Under the pieces are notes generated by a model that worked only from the letters and a program-made list of their open reading frames with translations, was not told the origin of the DNA and did no database searches. A stretch of DNA of 27,421 bases from a bacterium (GTDB lineage: Bacteria > Zhuqueibacterota > Zhuqueibacteria > Oceanimicrobiales > Oceanimicrobiaceae), in NCBI GenBank assembly GCA_037446635.1, contig JBBIIG010000023.1:34923-62343 (forward strand), written 5' to 3'. The number at the start of each line of letters is the position of its first letter. Positions within the stretch are counted from its first letter, which is position 1. A program made the position numbers and the translations under genes. Positions 20,901 to 25,514 of this stretch are shown here, piece after piece.

Positions 20901-23900
20901 CATCACGGTGGAAGCCTGGGTAAATATGCAAAATGTCTCCGCGGAACACAATCCCATCGTCGCGAAATACCTCAACGGCTTTTTCAAGGACTGGGGTTTG
21001 GATATTGAGAGTGGTGTGCTAAACGTCAATATTGAAAGCACCGATGAATGGTCGTCGCAGGCAGGTTTGGTGCCGGTCGGCAAGTGGGCCCATCTGGCCT
21101 TCACCTTTGACAACGCCGCCAACGTCGTGCGGCTTTATATCGATGGCGTGGAGGCGGGCACCGGATTTCAGCTCAATCGAGATATGCCGGACACGCAGGC
21201 TGATATTTGGCTGGGAGCGCACTCCTATAATAGTAATTTCCGGACGTTTCGAATTATCGATGAGGTGCGGATTTGGAATTACCCGCGCAGCCTGGCTGAG
21301 CTGCAGTCGGCGATGAATCTCAAGCTAACCGGCAGCGAAGCGGGTCTCATTGGATACTGGCCGTTTGACGAAGGCAGCGGCCAGCTTGCGGCGGATTTGA
21401 CGGGCAATGGCAATCATGCACGTTTAGGAACCAGCACTGGGGCCGATATCAGCGATCCGGCATGGGTGTCGGCCCCGGCAAGGCACGCCTTGCCAATGCC
21501 ATCCATTGCCGCGTTTACCCCAACAAGTGCGGAGGAGGGGGTGATCGTAACCATCACTGGCGCGAACTTTAGCGGGACAACGGAAGTCGCTTTCAACGGG
21601 ACGCCCGCCGCGAGTTTTACGGTGGATTCGGATACCCAGGTTCGGGCGACGGTTCCCATCGGAGCCAGGACCGGCAGAATAAGAGTCACCAACGCACAGG
21701 GTTTCGGCTTCAGCACAACCGATTTTACGGTTGTTATACCGCCGGGCACCTTCGTCTTCACGCCGCAGCACGATACTTACGCCAGGGGGGCGAATCCATC
21801 GCTTACTGATGGCAAGGCCGGTGAACTGAGGCTGGAGAAGGACAAGTTTAATAGCTATTTGAAGTTTAACGTTACCGGGCTGGATGCCCCGGTGTGGCTC
21901 GCCAAGCTGCGCCTTTATGTAACCAACGCTAGCATCGATGGCGGCTCGGTGTACGCCATTTCGAATAACCTGGCGGATAATATAACGCCATGGACTGAAA
22001 GCAACCTGGCCTGGGATAACGCACCACCCTTGACCCCGCCGCCGTTGAGTACGTTGGGGTCGGTGAGCATCGGTACCATGGTCGAGTTTAATGTGACCGC
22101 CGCGATCACAGGCGATGGTATTTACAGTTTTGGAATGACGAATAATTCGACCGATCTCGCCGCTTATAGCTCCAACGACGGCACCATCGCGCCGGTGTTG
22201 TTTATCAAAACCACCACCAGCCCGCCAACCACATTACAGTTGATTTCACCAAACGGCGGCGAGGGTTGGACCGCCGGCAGCAGCCAGAACATAACGTGGG
22301 CCTCGCCGGGAAATTTGACTAATGTGAAATTGGAGTTTTCCACCAACAATGGCGTAAACTGGACCACGATCGTAGCCAGCACCCCGGACGACGGCAGCTT
22401 CAGTTGGACCGTTCCTAATACCGTTTCGAGCCAATGCCGGGTGCGCGTCTCGGATGCCGCTGATGGAGATCCCTCGGATGTCAGTGACGCCGTTTTTGCA
22501 ATTCTCACCGCGCCCACGGTTCCGGTTATTACTTCATTTACTCCGACCAGCGGACCCGTGGGAGCCCAGGTGACAATTTTCGGCAGCAGCTTTACCGGCG
22601 TCACCGGGGTTTCGTTCAACGGTGTTTTCGCCTCCAGTTTTATCTTTGATTCCGATTCGCAGGTGCGGGCCAATGTGCCGTCTGGCGCCGCCACTGGCCC
22701 TATCAGCGTTGTCAATTCCGCAGGTGCGGGACTTAGCCCCAGCAATTTTACGGTGAGCACCGGTGGGACCTCAACCCTGACGTTCAATCCGACAGACGAC
22801 GCCTATGTGCGGTCGAGCAATCCAAACAACAATTACGGCGGCGGCAGCGACGTTCGTGTTCGCAAGGCCAATTCCGGTGAGTTGACCAATACTTATTTTA
22901 AATTCAACGTCACGGGTCTTACTGGGCCGGTTTCGAGCGCCAAGATTCGCTTGAATGTTTTGGATGCCAGCGATCAGGGCGGGGCAATGTATTCGGTTTC
23001 CAACAACTTGTCCGGAACGACCACGCCTTGGACCGAAGGCAGCATCACTTTCAACAATGCGCCGTCCATCTCGGGGTCGCCGCTCAGCACCTTGGGTCAG
23101 GTTACGGTTGGGCAGACGGTGGAATTTAATGTTACCGCGGCCATTTCTGGCAACGGCGTCTTTAGCTTTGGGATGTTGAGCACCTCGAATGACGCCGTTT
23201 TTTATGTCTCGAAAGAAGGCGGAAATGGCCCGCAGCTTGTGGTTGAAAGCGTTTCCGGCGGCTCATCCAATCCGCCCAGTATTTCCTCTTTCAATCCCAC
23301 CAGCGGCGCAATCGGATCGCAAGTGACGATCTCGGGCAGCAACTTTGATGGAACCACCGGCGTGTCGTTCAATGCAACTTCAGCTACGAGTTTCACCATC
23401 GTTTCCAATTCGCAGATTCGCGCTACGGTTCCCAGCGGCGCGACCACCGGCCCCATTAGCGTCACCAACGCCGATGGCACGGCGCAAAGCGCTTCTAACT
23501 TTACGGTATTAGCCCCGCCGGACATTATTTCATTTACGCCCACCAGCGGGCCCGTGGGCGCTGTGGTCACAATTACCGGCAGCAACTTCACCGGCCTCAG
23601 CAGCATCACGTTTAACGGTACGGCCGCAATCTTTATTCTGGATTCCGCTTCCCAGGCGCGGGCGACCGTGCCGGCTGGCGCCACCAGCGGGCCTATTATC
23701 GTGGCCAATGCCGCGGGCAACGACGCCAGCGCCAGCAACTTTACCGTTACTCAGGCGCCATCCATCACCTCTTTTACGCCTACCAGCGCGCCAATGGGAA
23801 CGGAAATCACCATTACCGGGCTTAACTTCACCGGAACCACCAACGTTGCATTTAATGGCCTGGCAGCGTCCGGGTTCACAGTGGATTCGAATACGCAGAT

Positions 23901-25086
23901 TCGCGCCGCGGTTCCGGTGGGCGCCTCGACCGGCAAGATCAGCGTCACGAATTCGGATGGAACCGGCCAGAGCGCCAGCGATTTCATCGTGGTGCTGCCG
24001 CCGACGATTTCGTCCTTTACCCCAACTACCGGCCCGGTCGGCACTCAAGTGACCATCACGGGTACGAATTTCATCGGCGTCGTGGACGTTGCTTTCAACG
24101 GCGTTTCGGCCACCAGCCTCAGCTTTGATTCATCAACCCAAATTCGCGCCAACGTGCCCACGGGCGCTGCCACAGGCAAAATCACTGTGACCAACGCCGC
24201 CGGGGCCGCTGTCAGCGCCAACGATTTCACGGTAGGTGGCGGCTCCTCAACGTTGACTTTCGCGCCGCTGGCCGACGCCTATGTCCGTTCCAGCAACCCC
24301 AACAATAATTATGGCGGCGGCACCGATTTGCGGGCGCGTCTGGCGAACACCGGCGAGCTCACTGTTACCTATTTCAAATTTACGGTGACCGGACTCACCT
24401 CAGCCGTTGCCAGCGCTAAGATTCGATTGGCCGTGATCTCCACCAGCAACCAGGGCGGGTCGATGTTCTCGGTCTCGAATAACCTGCTGGGTACGGCCAC
24501 GCCTTGGAGCGAAGGCAGTTTGACGTTTAACAATGCTCCGGAGATCAGCGGCTCGCCGTTGAGCTCATTGGCGCGGGTAGAAATCGGGCAGACGGTAGAG
24601 TTCGATGTTACGCCGGCGATTGCTGGCAACGGTACTTTCAGTTTCGGCTTGAGCAGCACGTCGAACGACGCCGCCATTTATAGCTCGAAAGAAGGGACGA
24701 TCTCGCCGGAGTTGGTCATCACCACCGGCGCCTTGTCAAAAGAAAATTCCGAAGCGCTGGCCGACGGCGCAAATGGCGATGAGACCGAATCGAATCCCAT
24801 CTTGCCGGAAACCGTTGAGCTCTACCCGAATTATCCGAACCCATTCAACGCTGAGACCACCATCGAGTATGCTCTGCCAAAAGATGCGCGGGTGAAGCTG
24901 GCGATTTTCAACATCAAAGGGCAGTTAGTTCGCATGTTGTTTGACGGCGAGCAGAGAGCCGGCATTCTTAAGGCCCGGTGGAACGGTAAAAACGGCGATG
25001 ACAAGGACGTAAGTTCGGGCGTTTACTTCCTGCGTTTGGAGGTAGGCGAGCATAAGTTGTCGCGCAAGATCACATTACAGAAATGA
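5971..25086 (+). CDS. Giant (6371 aa) secreted surface/adhesin-like protein: propeller-like head, 29 Big_9 cadherin-like repeats, 21 IPT/TIG, 6 DNRLRE/CBM96-like, LamG, SPNGGE Ig-like, C-terminal sorting domain
   Basis: Uninterrupted 19.1-kb ORF with a strong SD site and a 43-aa signal (AWA|Q44). Repeats were counted by hand. C-terminus is LYPNYPNPFNAETTIEY...SSGVYFLRL...RKITLQK. Confidence 0.95.
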   Translation: MSFVDGFLSARKQQGKSNQALQFICIFLFASLTVFYDGGSAWAQSVSTPVLSGYRDFDFGSGSVTSEPTEEKPESKLWYNDGFWWAVMWDQSASRYRIYRYDMASPGWFNVGPNVDERGRSAQDVLWDAANNKLYIASHAKLTIQNGVSNDARLYRFSYNASNDTYSLDAGFPVVFGSDKTRALVIAKDSNGKLWATWTHNQRVWMNRTTAGGLSNDASWGTPFELPGQGNNLLLGSNGTLDIASIVDFGGNKIGVLWGNQSATDEKYYFAFRNDSDDDMTWQPRETAYENTALANAADDHINLTCSPSSGVVLAAVKHETNNGSFPIVSVLKRDHTTGVWTAHTVATKSEDYTRPLAVLDSATDSLYVFAQSDDADAGPLKTIFYKVAHINNLNFPPGHGRIFLRSPDSGEVINNVTSSKECVNGTTGLLVLASDDKKHHYFHNFLALGGNARPIAVDDAVSTGSNTPGQFNVAANDIDANGTIDVTTVAIVSNPSNGTVSVNSSTGIITYTPNGGFTGVDSFLYTVRDNDGESAIAATVTVTVQPAPVANNDAATTDEDNAVTINVLSNDTDANGTVDATTVTVVSNPSSGTTSIHPTTGEITYTPNANFNGSDSFTYTVKDNQGATSNAATVTVTVNDINDPPVAGNDAATTPEDTPVDIDVTANDSDIDGALNLGSVTVVSAPAHGAASVNSSTGVITYTPNLNYNGSDSFTYRVSDDDGANSNEATVDVTVNAVTDPPVAVDNVATTDEDNAVTIDVLANDSDSDGSLVPSTVTVASPPSSGTSSVNSSTGAVTYTPNLNFFGSDSFTYTVEDDDGASSNAATVNITVNPVNDPPAVVNDAAATPEDVGVEINVLSNDTDVDGSIVASTVAVASPPSNGTTSVNSVNGRITYTPNLNFHGVDTFTYTVEDNDNAVSSAATVTVTVNDVNDAPVAANDGATTEEDTPVDINVTFNDFDVDGNLNLSTVTIIANPSHGAVSVNPTTGVVTYTPSLDYIGPDSFTYTVKDDNGATSNVATVSITVTGDNDPPVAQNDAATTNEEVPVNINVLANDSDVDGTLNPASVTVTAPSNGAATVSASGVVSYTPDLNFFGTDSFTYTVKDNLGATSNVATVTVTVNNVNDPPVAANDAGQTNEGFPVTINVVVNDTDVDGNVDPTTVTIASPPANGATSINSTTGAITYTPNANFSGTDTFTYRVQDNSGANSNAATVTISVNDAPVAVNDNAVTNEDSPVVIDVLANDSDSDGALVPSTVSVISGPANGSVSVNQTTGAITYTPNTNFFGTNTFTYRVQDNLGANSNTATVTVIVNREPFAANDSKTTDEDVATDINVIANDIDLDGAIDPTTVVIVTDVTNGTTSVNPTTGVVTYTPNAEFSGSDSFTYNVKDNHGTLSNNATVSITINPVNDPPVANNDAAATDEESPVDINVTANDSDIDGTVEVSTVTIVSQPANGSATSNPTTGVVTYTPDVDFFGSDSFTYTVKDNGSATSNIATVTVTVSPDNDAPIAVNDTSFTNEDQAVAINVIANDTDIDGNIDATTVTIVDGADNGATSVNPITGVVNYTPNTNFSGVDSFTYTVRDNDALLSNTATVTIFVNDVPAALNDAAQTNENVAVEIDVLANDTDLDGTLNPASVVAVTQPANGSLSINPATGAITYTPNTNFSGVNTFSYTVKDNDGATSNQALVTVTVNDLPVAANDAVTTDEDTPANISVLANDSDSDGALNPASITIVSNTTNGGTSLNTSTGVVTYTPNANFSGSDSFTYTVNDDDGATSNLATVTITVTEVNDPPVANNDAAGTIEDTPVDIDVKANDTDVDGIIVSTTVAIVASPANGSTFVNPTTGVVTYTPNLDFTGADSFTYTIKDDDNAASNIATVTVNIADENDPPVANNDNATTPEDTPVAINILANDSDIDGSLDAATVTITTPPTIGAATVNPTTGVVTYTPNANVFGSDSFIYTVKDNLGLSSNNATVSITINSVNDAPVAVNDTALTNKGASVDISVTANDSDVDGTISVNTVSVTAASNGTTSLLPGGVVRYTPFPGFTGTDSFNYTVKDNLNAISNEATVIITVNDFPVAVNDAAATNKGVAVTINVIANDSDADGSIDPTTVTVVSAPTNGSTSVNSTTGEITYTPNANFDGADSFTYTVKDNHGATSNAATVTIAVNDFPVAVNDAAFTNMNNAVVIDVLANDSDADGAIDPTTVAVVTNASSGATSVNPTTGEITYTPNTNFFGNDTFTYNFQDNSGAASNTATVTVEVNAPPIAVTDAAITNEDASVNINPAGNDSDPDGTLNLTTLTIISNVVNGTTSVHPTTGVVTYTPNANYFGSDSFTYTIKDNDGAASNTATVNITVVDVNDLPVAVNDGAATPEDTPVEINVTANDSDIDGTLNLSTVTVIAPPANGATSVNPANGVITYTPNLDFEGVDTFTYTVADDDGAASNAATVTVNVAGDNDPPVAQNDAAATDEDVAVEIAVTNNDSDVDGAVDPSTVTIQTQPTHGTTSVHPTTGVVTYTPAANYFGSDSFTYNVKDNLGFISNIATVTITINDVNDPPVAVNDAAATSEETAVDITVTANDSDLDGTLDLTTVIVVTPATNGATTVNPTTGVITYTPNLNFEGTDTFTYTVNDDDGAASNIATVTVTVAGDNDPPVAVNDTTSTLEEAAVQIAVAANDFDIDGIIDATTVAVSTPPTHGVAAITPSTGVITYTPNVNFVGTDSFTYTVKDDLGFSSNVAAVLVTVINVNDPPVAVNDASATGEETPVEITVTSNDIDVDGAIDVTTVAIVTPPANGAASVNPATGVITYSPNLDFEGVDTFTYTVQDDSGAVSNAATVTVNVSGDNDPPLAVNDTTSTNEDVAVEINVIANDSDVDGAIDAATVAIQTPPAHGAAVVNPTTGVVTYTPAANYFGSDSFTYLVKDNLGFNSNIATVLLTIHDVNDPPVAVNDNAGTTEETPVAIAVLANDSDVDGVIDPTTVTIVTQPTQGVISLNATTGGITYTPGVDFVGVDSLAYLVSDDDGASSNTAKVIINVSNENDPPVAVDDTVSTDEDTPIAIAVLSNDFDIDGTLNLSSVAIITSPANGSAAVNSTTGEITYTPNANFFGSDLLTYTVEDNFGFASNVASVFIIIDPVNDPPIAANDAAVTEGGVAVNINVIANDTDIDHAIDPTTVAIVTQPTNGSVSVNSVTGEVTYTPNANFGGADAFTYRVSDTGGAQSNVANAIVTVHDKIIAVHDAYVRSSDPTTNFGGGTELRARKSVSGVLQISYLKFNVTGITTPIISAKIRLLSLDPTDHGGSLFVVSNNFEGTTTPWDEGGIIYNNRPAVNGSPLVSLGSISAGQFVEFDVSSVISGDGVYSFAITSNSDLTARFNSKEVSNGPALIIQRALSSPLSPVINSFSPASGLVGSEVTVSGDHFSNATNVAFNGISTTFTIDSNSQIRATVPAGATTGKISVTNPEGSGMSSSNFLVILAPTISSFTPSSGPVGTQVTISGANLTAVTNVSFNGLAAASFTVISATEIRALVPAGASSGAVSVQNAAGAATSSANFTVILPPTITSFNPTSGPLNTEVTVTGTNFVQITQVSFNGTAASNFEVDSDTQLRALVPAGAVSGPISVANAAGSGTSASNFVFLQPPTISSFTPAGGLVGTQVTITGSEFASAVAVGFNGLAAVFNIDSNTQIRATVPAGATNGPISVANSVGTGISTSDFIISSLPTVSSFIPTSGAPGTEVTITGSTFSNATTVAFGGVNAPSFFIESDTQIRATVPNGAITGKIRVSNVAGGGESVANFIVLSGSGTVTLQPIADAYIRSARPNDNFGGGTEIRGRTASTGELTHSFLKFNVTGVSGGVTSAKIRLVVLDNSNQGGSIYSVSNNFLGTSTPWTEDGLNFNNAPAISGSPLSSLGSITSGATVEFDVTSAITGNGVFSFGLTSTSNDAARYHSKENTNPPQLVIQAGGASPNAPVINSFNPIAGVAGTEVTITGSNFTGATLVLFNGVSAASFAVDSNSQIRAFVGSGTTSGKVSVTTANGTGLSASDFTIVDAPTITSFTPTSGPAGTVVTVSGSNFLGATAVQFNGLAASSFVVDSNTQLRATVANGSTTGTIHIENTAGGATSSSPFTVILPPTVSSFTPTSGPVGTLVTITGTNFLGVSSVTFNGVASTNVTVDSETQIRAAVPVGAASGKIAVTNSAGSAQSVNNFTIVQSPLVSAFTPTSGIIGVSVTITGNNFVSVSEVSFNGAAATFTVDSPTQIRATVPSGATTGVIRVTNAAGAGNSSANFTVILPPSISSFNPTSGVVGASVTISGSNFAGTSVVQFNGVAAASFTIDSNTQLRAVVPSGAGAGPISVQNAAGTAVSAANFTVIIGPSISSFNPASAPIGTEITISGSNFDNITQVAFNGALASSFIVDSATQIRATVPNGASTGPVSVTNAAATAVSSTNFIVEGPPSIISFTPTQGIIGSAVTITGANFNGATSVAFNGVSAAFTVDSDTQVRAAVPIGATTGVISVTNNLGAGNSSANFAVILPPSISSFAPTNGPVGSEVTISGANFTGATVVLFNGTAAAIFTVDSETQIRATVPNGATTGPVSVANAAGSAVSAANFNITTVSATVTFNPTDDAYIRSDLPTRNHATSVELRVRRTSSADLDSYLKFNVTGLSGPPQSAKLRLFVINDGVEGGSVFLVSNNFKGTSTPWTQAALDFTNAPELPGTPINSFGAVGLNQTVEIDVTPAITGNGIYSFAISNQSTDLVNYNSKESANPPQLVIQTSGGSTNLPTITSFTPTSGAVGNEVTLTGFNFTGATAVQFNGVNAPGFLVDSDSQIRVNVPSGATTGAISVTNGSGTGASASSFTIIQAQAPTVTSFTPTSGGIGANVTITGTNFVSVNGVSFNGTAATSFTVDSPTQIRANVPSGATTGKISVTTAGGTAQSAANFTVLTSQSAFALSFDGTDDLAVILDNPLLSGGPGKSITVEAWVNMQNVSAEHNPIVAKYLNGFFKDWGLDIESGVLNVNIESTDEWSSQAGLVPVGKWAHLAFTFDNAANVVRLYIDGVEAGTGFQLNRDMPDTQADIWLGAHSYNSNFRTFRIIDEVRIWNYPRSLAELQSAMNLKLTGSEAGLIGYWPFDEGSGQLAADLTGNGNHARLGTSTGADISDPAWVSAPARHALPMPSIAAFTPTSAEEGVIVTITGANFSGTTEVAFNGTPAASFTVDSDTQVRATVPIGARTGRIRVTNAQGFGFSTTDFTVVIPPGTFVFTPQHDTYARGANPSLTDGKAGELRLEKDKFNSYLKFNVTGLDAPVWLAKLRLYVTNASIDGGSVYAISNNLADNITPWTESNLAWDNAPPLTPPPLSTLGSVSIGTMVEFNVTAAITGDGIYSFGMTNNSTDLAAYSSNDGTIAPVLFIKTTTSPPTTLQLISPNGGEGWTAGSSQNITWASPGNLTNVKLEFSTNNGVNWTTIVASTPDDGSFSWTVPNTVSSQCRVRVSDAADGDPSDVSDAVFAILTAPTVPVITSFTPTSGPVGAQVTIFGSSFTGVTGVSFNGVFASSFIFDSDSQVRANVPSGAATGPISVVNSAGAGLSPSNFTVSTGGTSTLTFNPTDDAYVRSSNPNNNYGGGSDVRVRKANSGELTNTYFKFNVTGLTGPVSSAKIRLNVLDASDQGGAMYSVSNNLSGTTTPWTEGSITFNNAPSISGSPLSTLGQVTVGQTVEFNVTAAISGNGVFSFGMLSTSNDAVFYVSKEGGNGPQLVVESVSGGSSNPPSISSFNPTSGAIGSQVTISGSNFDGTTGVSFNATSATSFTIVSNSQIRATVPSGATTGPISVTNADGTAQSASNFTVLAPPDIISFTPTSGPVGAVVTITGSNFTGLSSITFNGTAAIFILDSASQARATVPAGATSGPIIVANAAGNDASASNFTVTQAPSITSFTPTSAPMGTEITITGLNFTGTTNVAFNGLAASGFTVDSNTQIRAAVPVGASTGKISVTNSDGTGQSASDFIVVLPPTISSFTPTTGPVGTQVTITGTNFIGVVDVAFNGVSATSLSFDSSTQIRANVPTGAATGKITVTNAAGAAVSANDFTVGGGSSTLTFAPLADAYVRSSNPNNNYGGGTDLRARLANTGELTVTYFKFTVTGLTSAVASAKIRLAVISTSNQGGSMFSVSNNLLGTATPWSEGSLTFNNAPEISGSPLSSLARVEIGQTVEFDVTPAIAGNGTFSFGLSSTSNDAAIYSSKEGTISPELVITTGALSKENSEALADGANGDETESNPILPETVELYPNYPNPFNAETTIEYALPKDARVKLAIFNIKGQLVRMLFDGEQRAGILKARWNGKNGDDKDVSSGVYFLRLEVGEHKLSRKITLQK
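6100..7323 (+). other. Uncharacterised ~410-aa N-terminal head domain, probably a beta-propeller
   Basis: Non-repetitive and Trp-rich, with blade-like motifs (LVIAKDSNGKLWATWT, IGVLWGNQ, SLYVFA). Strongly conserved in the paralogue at 25644-26849. Confidence 0.6.
7324..15669 (+). repeat. 29 tandem ~94-97-aa Big_9/tandem-95 (bacterial cadherin-like Ig) repeats
   Basis: Consensus NDPPVAxND.A.T.EDTPV.I.V.AND.D.DG.....TV......P.NG...VN..TG.ITYTPN.NF.G.DSFTYTV.D..GA.SN.ATVT.TV. Period ~282-291 nt, with diverged synonymous sites. Confidence 0.92.
16168..24234 (+). repeat. 21 IPT/TIG repeats in blocks of 5, 8, 2, 1, 1 and 4
   Basis: Consensus P.I.SF.P.SG..G..VTI.G.NF.....V.FNG..A..F..DS.TQIRA.VP.GA.TG.ISV.N..G...S...F; ~81-aa period. 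Confidence 0.9.
20818..21468 (+). other. LamG/pentraxin-like (concanavalin A-like) domain within the giant protein
   Basis: FALSFDG...ITVEAWV...WAHLAFTFD...LYIDG...IDEVRIWN...GLIGYWPFDEGSG; closely related to the LamG at 2247-2880. Confidence 0.85.
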
Positions 25087-25090
25087 AGAA

Positions 25091-25146
25091 TGGCAAACAC
25101 TTTGTGGAAAGCGACGGCTTACCTGTCGCTTTCCCTAAGTGCGCCA
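25091..25146 (+). terminator. Strong stem-loop directly after the giant gene (terminator-like or mRNA-stabilising; no U-tract)
   Basis: GGAAAGCGACGG 25106-25117 pairs with CTGTCGCTTTCC 25123-25134 (12 pairs, one G-U). The stem is extended by CACTT/AAGTG and TGGC/GCCA. Confidence 0.6.
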
Positions 25147-25501
25147 ATTAAAAATTCCATGTAGGGTATGATGACGCGTAGGAGCTTAAAGCAAGCACGT
25201 AGAATTCGCTCTTCTCGATAGATTTTTCCAATAATCCGCCGTGTGGCCTCCAGTCGGGCGGCGACGCCAAAATCGCGGTTTTCTCGAAACGGTTTTCCCT
25301 TTCGTAAGCAAGCGCCGATCTGATTTTTTTCAGCTTTCTACAAAAAATTATTCCGTGAAAAGGGATGTGGGTGGTATTAAAATTAATAACACGATGATAC
25401 GATGTCTCGAATACTGAATAATTTTAGAGGAGATTTGTGACAACCTAAAGATTGAGTCAGAGATTTAATTTGTTTACAGAGACTTGTAAATAATCGGTCT
25501 C

Positions 25502-25509
25502 AAGGAGGT
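25502..25509 (+). promoter_or_regulatory. Strong ribosome-binding site
   Basis: AAGGAGGT lies 5 nt upstream of ATG 25515. Confidence 0.85.
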
Positions 25510-25514
25510 AGCCA

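Larger units (their letters stand above)
15670..24723 (+). repeat. Six interspersed DNRLRE/CBM96-like modules (~15670-16143, 17383-17856, 19822-20295, 21745-22209, 22771-23247, 24247-24723)
   Basis: Each has DAY(V/I)R or DTYAR...(Y/F)(L/F)KF.VTG...AK(I/L)RL...GGx...SNN...TPW...V.(F/I)(D/N)V...I.G.G.(Y/F)SF...S...P.L. Confidence 0.75.

Noticed and set aside
7324..24234. CRISPR array or DGR template/variable repeat pair
   Set aside because: The repeats are in-frame protein domains with synonymous divergence. Mismatches in the closest pair are not confined to adenines, and no cas or reverse transcriptase gene is present.
6064..24677. Dozens of minus-strand and alternative-frame ORFs inside the giant gene, with apparent periodic repeats
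   Set aside because: They are shadows of the + strand repeats. TTA/CTA/TCA codons are rare, so the antisense frame stays open, and the translations mirror the sense repeats with no independent motifs.
25091..25135. c-di-GMP-I riboswitch suggested by GGCAAAC...GGAAA
   Set aside because: It lacks the GAAA-capped stem, the GCAAAG junction and the receptor stem. The sequence is better explained as one long hairpin.
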